The translations under genes and the position numbers were made by a program. The notes below the pieces were generated by a model. The model searched no databases. It was not told where the DNA came from and saw nothing but the letters and a program-made list of their open reading frames with translations. From a virus, in the IMG/VR virus record IMGVR_UViG_3300021519_000877, positions 1 to 64,000 of that record: 64,000 nt of DNA; one strand, 5' to 3'. Of the stretch, positions 11,937-21,202 are shown one piece after another. The stretch's first letter is position 1, and every line of letters starts with the position of its first letter.

Positions 11937-13109
11937 ATGACAAGAATTACACAACTACCACTTGCAACAACAATTTCAGAAACAGGAGTATTTGTTATTG
12001 TAGATGACGGAATAACAAAAAAACTTACCTGGCAAACATTACGATCCGGTGCGCTGAAAGGCGACACAGGCGCTAGCGGTCCGACAGGGTCAACGGGGCC
12101 AGCTGGCCCAACCGGTCCACGAGGCACCACAGGAACAGCGGCATCGGTTGCTGTTGGAACAGTAAGTATTGTCTCTGGCAATCCTACAGTAACCAACGTT
12201 GGCGATATGTATACTGCTGTTTTAAACTTTGGCTTACCACAAGGTCCTAAAGGCGATACAGGAACACAGGGAGTTGTTGGCCCAACAGGTCCACAGGGAA
12301 ATACAGGAACACAGGGAGTAGCTGGTCCTACTGGTGCTCAAGGCGCCCAGGGATCGTCTTCTACTATCCGAGTTGGCACAGTAACTACTGGAAGTCTTGC
12401 AGTTACCAACACTGGTACAATTAATAATCCAGTATTTAATTTTGTTATTCCAGCAGGCCCCACTGGCGCAACAGGAGCTACTGGGTCTACAGGAACACAG
12501 GGAGTAGCTGGCCCACAGGGAAATACAGGAACACAGGGAGCAGCTGGCCCACAGGGAAATACAGGAACACAGGGAGCAGCTGGTCCTACTGGTCCTAAGG
12601 GCGATACAGGAACCTACATATTAGTTACTGCAACTACTACAGTTCTTGGCGGTGTTAAGATCGACGGAACATCCATTACTATTGACGGCAGCGGAGTTAT
12701 TAGTTCTACTGGCGGTGGTGGCAGCGGATTAACAAGTAGAACTACAGCATCGATTACTACAGTTTCATTAACTGTTGGTGCTAGCACAACAACTAATATT
12801 GTTGGATACAAAGGATATGCATTAATGAGTATTCAAACATCTGCCGGCGCTTGGGTTACAGTGTATTCAAGTGCAGCCGCAGCCACAGCAGATGCTGCCC
12901 GTTCTATTGCAACAGATCCTACAGCAGGTAGTGGCGTAATTGCTGAAACTATTACAACAGCTTCAGGAACAACATATTTTAGTCCAGGAGTATTTGGTTA
13001 TAGTAGCGAAGCAATTCCTAGCACTAATATCCCTGTTAAAGTTTACAACAACAACGGAACAACAACACCTATTACTGTTACACTAACATTACTTAAACTA
13101 GAAGCATAA
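11937..13109 (+). CDS. Collagen-like (Gly-X-Y) tail fibre/spike protein
   Basis: Three Gly-X-Y tracts (GPTGPQGNTGTQGVAG...), N-terminal 'ITQLPLAT' motif typical of fibres, ATTTVLGGVKI motif; 1 nt after previous stop. Confidence 0.75.
   Translation: MTRITQLPLATTISETGVFVIVDDGITKKLTWQTLRSGALKGDTGASGPTGSTGPAGPTGPRGTTGTAASVAVGTVSIVSGNPTVTNVGDMYTAVLNFGLPQGPKGDTGTQGVVGPTGPQGNTGTQGVAGPTGAQGAQGSSSTIRVGTVTTGSLAVTNTGTINNPVFNFVIPAGPTGATGATGSTGTQGVAGPQGNTGTQGAAGPQGNTGTQGAAGPTGPKGDTGTYILVTATTTVLGGVKIDGTSITIDGSGVISSTGGGGSGLTSRTTASITTVSLTVGASTTTNIVGYKGYALMSIQTSAGAWVTVYSSAAAATADAARSIATDPTAGSGVIAETITTASGTTYFSPGVFGYSSEAIPSTNIPVKVYNNNGTTTPITVTLTLLKLEA
12489..12583 (+). repeat. In-frame 36-bp tandem repeat (~2.6 copies) in collagen tract
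   Basis: Unit ACAGGAACACAGGGAG(T/C)AGCTGGCCCACAGGGAAAT encoding TGTQG(V/A)AGPQGN; related copies at ~12258-12330. Confidence 0.85.
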
Positions 13110-13110
13110 T

Positions 13111-14775
13111 ATGTCTATTACTCCGACTATTTCAACAGAAGAACTTACAATAGGTGTGTATCTCAAACGAGATGCACACGAAAATGGTATGACCTTACAG
13201 GAATATACTAACGGAGTTATAGCCGGGACACAACCAACACTCGAGCATGATGCCTTTGTGTATCAGTTTGGAGCAACAGACGATGCAATTGATTTAGTTA
13301 CAGAATGGGCCGTAACAAATAATTTAACAGTGTTAGAATCGCACCACGGTACAGCCGTAGTAAAATTATCAGGCACCGCAGGGCAGTTCAATAACTTATT
13401 TGGCATTGAATTACAAACAGTTACTGATTCTAATAGGACATACAGTTCTTATACCGGACACTTTATTGTTCCTTCTGAAATTAATGATGTTGTTGAAGCA
13501 ATATTAGGAGTTGATGAGTCAGGCACCCTTATGCATAATGCCACCATGGAGGCAAGTAATGCTGGTCCGTTTGATCCAAATGTTATAGTAGGCCCGACTC
13601 CTGTTGATCATGCTCTTGCATATAAATTTCCAAGAACACCTGGCACTAATCAACAACAAGGATCAGGCGCATGTATAGGAATTATTGAACTTGGCGGCGG
13701 ATGGACTACACAAAATTTAACCAGCTCATTCAGTAGAATTGGTTTATCAAATCCCGTAGTAGTAGATTATTCAGTCGATGGCGGAACAAACAATCCAGGG
13801 GTGTATGATGCATATGGAGCAAGTGCTGAAGTTATGCTCGACATTTATTGTGCAGGCGCAGTTTCTCCCGGTGCAAAACAGGTGATATATTTTGCACCAA
13901 ATACCTACATGGGATTCGTTGATACAATATTAGCGGCAGCAAATGATACTGTAAATAATCCTAGCGTTCTTAGTATTAGTTGGGGAACTACTGATACTAA
14001 CTTTGGAACATTTTATCGAAATCTATATGAATCTGCATTTCAAACAGCAGTTGCAAGAGGGATTACAGTTTTTGCATCCACCGGCGACTATGGAGTAAGA
14101 GCAGTTAGTGGCGGTGGCCTTTATACCCTTGATTATCCAGCATCGAGTCCTTATGTAGTAGGTGCGGGCGGCACAGTTATATCAATCAATAACGATTACA
14201 CTATTGCTAGTGAAGTGGCATGGGGAACAGCAGGCGGCTCTACTGCCGGCGGCGGTGGAGTTAGCACACTATTCAGTGTACCGAGCTGGCAAACAGGGCT
14301 TGTTTCCACTACCTACCCGGGTAGCACTGCAACAACAATCACTGGTAGGTCGATTCCTGATGTATCTACAATGGCCGCGGGTTATTCTTTTTATTGGTAT
14401 AATTATACAAATTCAAGTAGCGCAGTTACTAACTCTTTTGGTACGTTTTTAGGCACTAGTGCCGTAGCACCGCTATTAGCAGGAATGATGGCCAGATTAA
14501 ATCAAGCATCGGGAAAAAGAATTGGGTTTGTTAATGCAGACTGGTATGCTAATAGCACCACTTGCTTTAACGACATAACATCGGGCGATAATCACGGTGG
14601 TAATACTGTTGGTTATAGGGCCAGCTCTGGTTGGGATGCAGCAACTGGGTTGGGGTCTCCTAAGGGAAATATGCTTTACAAGTTATATAATACTGGTTCA
14701 ACATTTCCTAAACTTAACTACGGATTTAGGCCAACCACTGGTAGCACATATCCTAGAAGACCAAGTATACGATAA
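13111..14775 (+). CDS. Sedolisin/kumamolisin-type serine-carboxyl protease (peptidase S53) with activation pro-domain
   Basis: EVMLD (catalytic Glu/Asp), SISWG, ASTGD (oxyanion Asp), PASSPYV, GGGGVS, R.IPDVS, GTSAVAP (catalytic Ser), DITSGDN..GWDAATGLGSP Ca-binding region; ~150-aa prodomain; no signal peptide. Confidence 0.92.
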   Translation: MSITPTISTEELTIGVYLKRDAHENGMTLQEYTNGVIAGTQPTLEHDAFVYQFGATDDAIDLVTEWAVTNNLTVLESHHGTAVVKLSGTAGQFNNLFGIELQTVTDSNRTYSSYTGHFIVPSEINDVVEAILGVDESGTLMHNATMEASNAGPFDPNVIVGPTPVDHALAYKFPRTPGTNQQQGSGACIGIIELGGGWTTQNLTSSFSRIGLSNPVVVDYSVDGGTNNPGVYDAYGASAEVMLDIYCAGAVSPGAKQVIYFAPNTYMGFVDTILAAANDTVNNPSVLSISWGTTDTNFGTFYRNLYESAFQTAVARGITVFASTGDYGVRAVSGGGLYTLDYPASSPYVVGAGGTVISINNDYTIASEVAWGTAGGSTAGGGGVSTLFSVPSWQTGLVSTTYPGSTATTITGRSIPDVSTMAAGYSFYWYNYTNSSSAVTNSFGTFLGTSAVAPLLAGMMARLNQASGKRIGFVNADWYANSTTCFNDITSGDNHGGNTVGYRASSGWDAATGLGSPKGNMLYKLYNTGSTFPKLNYGFRPTTGSTYPRRPSIR

Positions 14776-14808
14776 TATGCTTACTTTTATTAGCGAATAA
14801 ATAACATT

Positions 14809-15471
14809 ATGGAAGATTCAAAAGAAAACAAAATGACTGAAAACCAACAACAAATTCCTCAACAATCAAAGCCAAATGAGCAGGCAGGTCTGCACATCCA
14901 AGGGCATATCAAGATTTTTGACCCAGAAACTAAAGAAGTATTCATTGATAAGCGTAACGCTATTCACTATGAAAACTTTAGTATTGGTCTAGCACAGGCT
15001 ATGAGCAATCAAGGCCAGGGATTTATCTCTGAAATGTGCTTTGGCAACGGCGGAAGTCGTATTGACCCTACTGGGATCATTACATATTTGACTCCAAATA
15101 GTGTTGGATTAAATGCTGATCTATATAATAAAACATATACTAAGAATATCGATTCTAACAGCACACTAAATTTAGATCCATCTAGAAATTTTATGGAAGT
15201 GCGCCATATTACAGGCACTGCATATACTGATATTTTAGTAAGCTGTTTGTTAGACTTCGGCGAGCCAAGTGGTCAACAAGCATTTGACCAAAGTACCGGT
15301 AAGACAGATTATATATTTGATGAATTAGGGTTACGAGCTTATAGCCCAGAGGGAGCAGGCGCAGGTATGTTACTAACTCACGTTATTTTTCACCCTGTTC
15401 AAAAGTCATTGAATAGATTGCTACAAATAGATTACACAGTTAGAATTCAAAGTCTAACTAACGGGGCATAA
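14809..15471 (+). CDS. Virion structural protein (tail/baseplate), start possibly 14833
   Basis: Beta-rich ORF within structural operon; preceded by AATAAATA late-promoter-like box. Confidence 0.55.
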   Translation: MEDSKENKMTENQQQIPQQSKPNEQAGLHIQGHIKIFDPETKEVFIDKRNAIHYENFSIGLAQAMSNQGQGFISEMCFGNGGSRIDPTGIITYLTPNSVGLNADLYNKTYTKNIDSNSTLNLDPSRNFMEVRHITGTAYTDILVSCLLDFGEPSGQQAFDQSTGKTDYIFDELGLRAYSPEGAGAGMLLTHVIFHPVQKSLNRLLQIDYTVRIQSLTNGA

Positions 15472-15473
15472 TA

Positions 15474-17315
15474 ATGGGCGAATACAGAATACTCTACTCT
15501 GATCCGGCAAAAAATAGTAGTCCTATTATAGTTGCTGATAATTCGCTGAATAAAAATTCTACAAGTTTAACACTTGTTGGCCGTAACTATCCGGGATACG
15601 GAGAAACAGTTGAAACTGATCTAGTTCATCTGTTAGAAAATTTTGCGGCATCTAGTCCTCCTAGTAATCCTATTGAAGGACAGTTATGGTTTGATACTAG
15701 CGACCCTAGCTCTAAAGTATTAAAAATTAATGATGGCGGCATCAGCGGATCAAGATGGTCTCCTATTAATGGAGTATTTCAACAGCCTAATACACCTACT
15801 AATGTTAAGACTGGCGACATCTGGGTTGATACTGCTAATCAACAATTAAAGTTTTTTAATGGTACCGACTTTACCTTAGTTGGGCCAGACTTTTCGGGCG
15901 GATCAAGGACTGGAAGTTACCCTGCATCATTAATTGATACAGTTGGACAAACACATAACGTAATTATAAACTATGTCAATGATGAAGCTATTGAAATCAT
16001 TGCTGCCTCAAACTTTACACCAAATCCTGTTATTAACGGGTTTGGATCTTTAAAGCCAGGCCTTAATATTTCATCTTCAAATGTAGGAACAATATCAACT
16101 CCTATATATCCACGAATTAATGGTATTGCAGAATCATCGTATAACTTACAGATTTCTATTCCATCAAGTCAAAAAATTACAGCTGATGCATTTTTAAGAA
16201 ATGATATTGATCAGCGTATGTCAGGATCATTAAACATTGCTACTGACAACAACTCATTAAAGATTGGTGTAGATCCTACATTCTTGCTTTATAGATCTAC
16301 TATTGGTAATAAGGCTGTCTTCTCAAACATTCAAAACAACGGCCAGTTTAATTTTATTATTAACGATTCTAATGGAACTCCAAATAATGTTTTAACAATG
16401 CTTGGCGAGAAAAAGTATGTCGGTATTAATAATTCCGGACCACAGTTTGAATTAGATGTTGTTGGATCTATTAAAGCTACATCAAGTGCTACAGTTGATA
16501 CACTATATGTAACAAATACTACAGGCACTATTAATACAGTTGCAGGCAATGCTGTTCAAGTTGCAGGCGGAGTAGGTATAAGCGGCACGTTGGTAGTTAC
16601 TGGGGAACACATTCTTCAAGGACCATTAACAGTTGGGCAAACTGTGCTTCCGGCAATTGTTCCGGATGATGTTCAATATTCGATAGTATTGCCTACAAGA
16701 GATGCTATCTATAATATGGGTGATAGCAAGTTAAGATGGAAAGCAGTATATGCTAATACATTCTTAGCAACTAACTCCGGAACTCAAGCACAGTTTGTTG
16801 GTAATGCAACTTCTGCAACAAAACTATCAACACCAAAGAATTTTTATTTAACGGGAGATATTACTGCTCCGACAGTTAGTTTTGATGGTTCGTCATATAC
16901 TAATATTTTTACTGCTACTGCGCAGACAACATTGATTACAGGAAAAGCAAATACATCAACAACATTTGCTTCGGATTCAATATTAGTTTATAGCACAAGT
17001 ACTACAAAGTTATATCAACACACTAAAAAAGATTTCCTTAAAGATATAAATTATTACGACATTGCTCCAGGAAATACTCCGTATAGCACTCCTTCTGGAA
17101 GTTTAGTTCCGGTCGGAACAATTCTACCCTACGTAGGGGTAACTGCTCCAGTAGGTTGGTTATTGTGTAATGGGCAGACTATTTTAATTTCAAATTATCA
17201 ATATCTATGTACTAACACATTAGCTGGATATCCGTTTGGCGGCACCGGCGCATCATACAACTTGCCGAACATTCCTGACTTAGCATCGGGCATTAAATAT
17301 ATTATAAAATACTAA
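15474..17315 (+). CDS. Tail fibre-like protein (paralogue 1) with C-terminal phage tail-collar domain
   Basis: Shared N-terminal domain (TSLTLVGRN..LVHLLENFA..P..P.EGQLWFD); C-terminal PVGTILPYVG..APVGWLLCNGQ...YNLPNI collar motif. Confidence 0.75.
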   Translation: MGEYRILYSDPAKNSSPIIVADNSLNKNSTSLTLVGRNYPGYGETVETDLVHLLENFAASSPPSNPIEGQLWFDTSDPSSKVLKINDGGISGSRWSPINGVFQQPNTPTNVKTGDIWVDTANQQLKFFNGTDFTLVGPDFSGGSRTGSYPASLIDTVGQTHNVIINYVNDEAIEIIAASNFTPNPVINGFGSLKPGLNISSSNVGTISTPIYPRINGIAESSYNLQISIPSSQKITADAFLRNDIDQRMSGSLNIATDNNSLKIGVDPTFLLYRSTIGNKAVFSNIQNNGQFNFIINDSNGTPNNVLTMLGEKKYVGINNSGPQFELDVVGSIKATSSATVDTLYVTNTTGTINTVAGNAVQVAGGVGISGTLVVTGEHILQGPLTVGQTVLPAIVPDDVQYSIVLPTRDAIYNMGDSKLRWKAVYANTFLATNSGTQAQFVGNATSATKLSTPKNFYLTGDITAPTVSFDGSSYTNIFTATAQTTLITGKANTSTTFASDSILVYSTSTTKLYQHTKKDFLKDINYYDIAPGNTPYSTPSGSLVPVGTILPYVGVTAPVGWLLCNGQTILISNYQYLCTNTLAGYPFGGTGASYNLPNIPDLASGIKYIIKY

Positions 17316-17319
17316 AATT

Positions 17320-19200
17320 ATGAGTTATACATTAAAACTAACCAACGGTAAAATATTATTAACGTTACCTGATCAACAATCAGATGCTATTTCAACGAGT
17401 CTAACTTTAATAGGTAAGAACGTTAATGCCTACGGTACTGATCTTAATGATAACTTTGTAAGATTGCTAGAAAACTTTGCAAATACTTCTGAACCAACAA
17501 GTCCGTTAATCGGGCAAATATGGTTTAATACTGTAGAGCAACGTATGTATGTTTACAATGCAGCAGATGAATTTAAGCCAGTTGGTGGTCCAATCGTTTC
17601 TGCAATACAGCCTGCTGGAATAAGCAGAGGCGACTTATGGATTGATACCACATCTCGACAATTAAAATTTCATGACGGTGTTAATATAGTTGCAGCCGGT
17701 CCTGATTATGATTACTCTAAAGGTAAATCAGGTTGGGTAGTTGAAACAGTTACAGATAATGTTAACGGTGATCATATAATTGTTGGTTTATACACTAACG
17801 GAACACTACAAGGTATTTTAAGTGATGTAGCATTTATTCTTAGGTCAGATTTCCAAACAAGCACCGGAATGACCTCAGTTGGAGTTGGCTTTACTGCCAA
17901 GGCTCCGATGAAGTTTATTGGTACAGCAACAAATGCTGAAGCCATTAATGGTGTTAGTGGTGTTAATATTTTAGATCTATCTTCTACATTGCCACAGAAT
18001 ATGAATGCTCCGTTATGGATCTATAATGACGAAGGACTAACAGTAGGCACCAACGGAGATATCCAGTTATTTGTAACAGGAACTAACCGCGTAACTACAA
18101 TGGCATTAGCCGGTGTGCAGGACTTTGATTTTATCGCTGCTACAAGTACCGGCACATTAAATCATATATTTTATTATAATGCAACTAATCAATGTTTAGG
18201 GGTTTACAATACTGATCCACAATTTGGAGTTGATGTAGTAGGTGATGTTCGTATTCAAGGAAATTTAGAAGTTTACGGTTCGTCAACATATATAACATCC
18301 GCTGACTTGCGAGTTGAGAACAAGGTTATCGAGCTTGGGTATTCAGATACTCTTACAACTGATCTAATGGCCAACGGCGGTGGATTAGAATTGCATGGCT
18401 CAACAACTAAAACATTTAAATGGTATAGTAGTGCTGATGCATGGACTTCAGGTGAAAATCTTGATTTAGCCTCTGGTAAAGTTTACAAAATTGGCGGTGT
18501 TGAAGTATTGAATGGTAATTCCTTGGGAGTTGCGGTAACTGCGGCCCCTGGATTAGAAACTGTTGGAATTTTAAATTCGCTAACAGTTGGTGTAATTCAT
18601 ATGGAAAATTATTCCATTGGAACCACATCAGGTGCGCCACTATTGCTTGGTGTTGCTCCAACTTCTAGTTTAGATGTGCAAGGATTAAAAATATTCAACG
18701 TTGGCAATATAAACTACTTAGATCCAGGTGATGTTGCAACTAACAAATCTTATGTTGACTCAGCAGTAGGTGTTGCTCGTGCAGGTCAGTTTGCTCCAAC
18801 TATCGATGTTACAGGACATGCTACTACACCAGAAGATCCTAACTTAAACGTATTTGTTCTTGGTATGTTACAAATTATGTTACCACCAACAGACCCTAGT
18901 CCGTATGGTGTTCCAGAAAACGGTCGTGCTCGAGTATTAGTAACACGATATGCATCTGGTGCAGTTTCTGCAGTTAGTGACAACATCGGATTCAATAGTG
19001 AAAGTGTTTATAGAGCAGGAACTAGCACACCGGTAAACGTTGTGCAATATCAAACAACTTATGTTGCATCAATAACTGTACCAGCAAGAAATTTAGCAAT
19101 CAACAGAGCAGTAAAACAATATATTGTTTCAGGCGGTGTATGGATTCAGTTACCATACGTTGGATCCTCAAACACTGTTTGGTCAGATGGTACATGGTAA
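17320..19200 (+). CDS. Tail fibre-like protein (paralogue 2)
   Basis: Same N-terminal domain (TSLTLIGKN..NFVRLLENFA..PTSPLIGQIWFN); G/T/V-rich beta-repeats; ATNKSYVD motif. Confidence 0.7.
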   Translation: MSYTLKLTNGKILLTLPDQQSDAISTSLTLIGKNVNAYGTDLNDNFVRLLENFANTSEPTSPLIGQIWFNTVEQRMYVYNAADEFKPVGGPIVSAIQPAGISRGDLWIDTTSRQLKFHDGVNIVAAGPDYDYSKGKSGWVVETVTDNVNGDHIIVGLYTNGTLQGILSDVAFILRSDFQTSTGMTSVGVGFTAKAPMKFIGTATNAEAINGVSGVNILDLSSTLPQNMNAPLWIYNDEGLTVGTNGDIQLFVTGTNRVTTMALAGVQDFDFIAATSTGTLNHIFYYNATNQCLGVYNTDPQFGVDVVGDVRIQGNLEVYGSSTYITSADLRVENKVIELGYSDTLTTDLMANGGGLELHGSTTKTFKWYSSADAWTSGENLDLASGKVYKIGGVEVLNGNSLGVAVTAAPGLETVGILNSLTVGVIHMENYSIGTTSGAPLLLGVAPTSSLDVQGLKIFNVGNINYLDPGDVATNKSYVDSAVGVARAGQFAPTIDVTGHATTPEDPNLNVFVLGMLQIMLPPTDPSPYGVPENGRARVLVTRYASGAVSAVSDNIGFNSESVYRAGTSTPVNVVQYQTTYVASITVPARNLAINRAVKQYIVSGGVWIQLPYVGSSNTVWSDGTW

Positions 19201-19213
19201 GGAAAAGGATTAA

Positions 19214-21187
19214 ATGGCATACACTATAAGTAAATCAAACGGCGGAACACTAATACTATTAAACGATGGTTTAGCAGATAATCAGGTAACCTCGTTAACC
19301 CTTGTTGGTAAGAATGTTAGTAATTTTGGCGATGCTCAAAATGAAAACTTTGTTCACATATTAGAAAACTTTGCTTCTGCGTTTGAGCCTCGCTCACCGA
19401 TGCAAGGGCAGATATGGTTTGACTCTAGTTCTAATGTATTCCGTCCAGCAGTATTCGACGGAACTAACTGGAGACCGATTGCTACTTTACTTTACAGTAA
19501 TACAACTACTGATACATTAGTTAATGCAGGATTTAATAATTTTGCAGCATCAAATCCTGGTGATTTCTGGTTTAATAGTTCTAGCAAACAACTACATGTA
19601 ATTACAAGCCTTGCAAACGATATGACCTTAATTGGTCCCGAAGCAGTGTATGGCTTTGGTGTTACAAAAATGTCATCGGTTAGTATAAAAGATATAAGCA
19701 ACGTTGCACATCCTGTTATTAAAATGATAGTAGATGGCACAGTTATTGGAGTTGTAAGCACACTTACATTTGCCACTAACGAAGTTGACCCGTATAATAT
19801 CTATAAAGGTATTACTCTTTCATCTAACTCTGCTCTAGCTGCAGGCACTATTTGGGCAACTACTCTTAACGGCAATTTGGTAGCTGGTCAGATTACCGCC
19901 GACAACGCTGATATTACTGCATTACTTGGAGTAACGGCTGCGATCGAAACCGTTAACGTTGATACACTTAATGGAACTACTGGTAATTTTACTACTGTTT
20001 CTGGAGATGTTGTTAATGGATCTACAGTAAATGCTTCTACAGTTAATGCTACAAATTTAACAGCGTCCGGCACAGGACTTATTACAGGTACTTGGAAGTT
20101 AAACACAAACAGTTATCTTACACCAAATACTGACGGCTCAAATGATTTAGGAACTAGTTCACTTAGATTTAACAATGTTTATTCTAAAGCACTGAGCACA
20201 GGTAACTCTGCAAGTGCTGGAGATATTATAGGATACTGGAAATTAACTTCTGGGTCATCATTTACTCCTACAACGGACTTAGGTAACGACCTTGGAGCAT
20301 CAAGCAAACGATTCGGTACAGTATATACTTCAGGAATATCAGCAAGTAATGGTGGCAATGTAATCTCAGTAACAGGTTCCCCAAATATATCAGGCAATGT
20401 TACTCCCGCAATCGATAATCTGTATAGTTTAGGATCTGGCGCTCAAATGTGGGCAGAGGTTTTTGCAGACAACATTCAAACAAATGCAGTAGATACTACT
20501 CAAATAAATTCTGTCAATGGTACAATTAACACTTTATCTGTAATAAATGCAACAATTACCACGTTAACTGATGCATATTCTCATACTATTAGCCAGTTTG
20601 ATACAGATGGATCTCTTGCCACAAACTCAGATGCACGACTTGCAACACAGCGAGCAATTAAGACATATGTTGATTATGTTGCTCAAGGGTTAACTAATTT
20701 AATCAATGCAATTCCAACACCCGATACTGATGGGACATTAGCTGCTAACTCTAATTCAAGATTAGCAACACAGCGGGCTACAAAGACTTACGTTGACAAT
20801 ACTCGTTCGATATTGCAAACTGAAATAGATAACATTCCTCGTGGTGGTTTTGGAACGGACCAAACGTATGAGAATGTAACAGTTGCTAGAAACTTTGGTA
20901 CCTCATATGTTAATACTACAGGCAAGACCATGTGGGTTAATGCAACAGTTTCAACAGCTGATACTGACGGTGATGACCCATTCCAGTGGACCATTGCATT
21001 TGTAAATGGTATGGAAATTACTCGACAAGTGTGGTTAAACAATTATACAGGTGCCCCGTGCCAGATGACATTACAGTTTTTTGTTCCACCAGGAGCTTCC
21101 TACTATGTTAATATCTATACTACAGATGAACCACCAAATCAACTATCGTTTGGCCAGTCGATATTAAACTGGATCGAATTTAGATAA
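19214..21187 (+). CDS. Tail fibre-like protein (paralogue 3)
   Basis: Same N-terminal domain; internal repeats P.TD..NDLG.SS.RF..VY (x3) and DTDG.LA.NS..RLATQRA.KTYVD (x2); C-terminal GFG..QTY.NVT..R..GTSYVNTTGK fibre-tip-like domain. Confidence 0.7.
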   Translation: MAYTISKSNGGTLILLNDGLADNQVTSLTLVGKNVSNFGDAQNENFVHILENFASAFEPRSPMQGQIWFDSSSNVFRPAVFDGTNWRPIATLLYSNTTTDTLVNAGFNNFAASNPGDFWFNSSSKQLHVITSLANDMTLIGPEAVYGFGVTKMSSVSIKDISNVAHPVIKMIVDGTVIGVVSTLTFATNEVDPYNIYKGITLSSNSALAAGTIWATTLNGNLVAGQITADNADITALLGVTAAIETVNVDTLNGTTGNFTTVSGDVVNGSTVNASTVNATNLTASGTGLITGTWKLNTNSYLTPNTDGSNDLGTSSLRFNNVYSKALSTGNSASAGDIIGYWKLTSGSSFTPTTDLGNDLGASSKRFGTVYTSGISASNGGNVISVTGSPNISGNVTPAIDNLYSLGSGAQMWAEVFADNIQTNAVDTTQINSVNGTINTLSVINATITTLTDAYSHTISQFDTDGSLATNSDARLATQRAIKTYVDYVAQGLTNLINAIPTPDTDGTLAANSNSRLATQRATKTYVDNTRSILQTEIDNIPRGGFGTDQTYENVTVARNFGTSYVNTTGKTMWVNATVSTADTDGDDPFQWTIAFVNGMEITRQVWLNNYTGAPCQMTLQFFVPPGASYYVNIYTTDEPPNQLSFGQSILNWIEFR

Positions 21188-21202
21188 TACTACGGATAAA
21201 TT

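Noticed and set aside
12258-12600. 36-bp repeats as a CRISPR array or DGR repeat
   Set aside because: Contiguous in-frame coding repeats with no spacers; no reverse transcriptase or adenine-specific variant pair seen.
2642-21042. Short antisense or nested ORFs inside the structural genes (and similar + strand ORFs inside - strand genes further on)
   Set aside because: Shadow frames of long, well-supported genes; no RBS or motifs.
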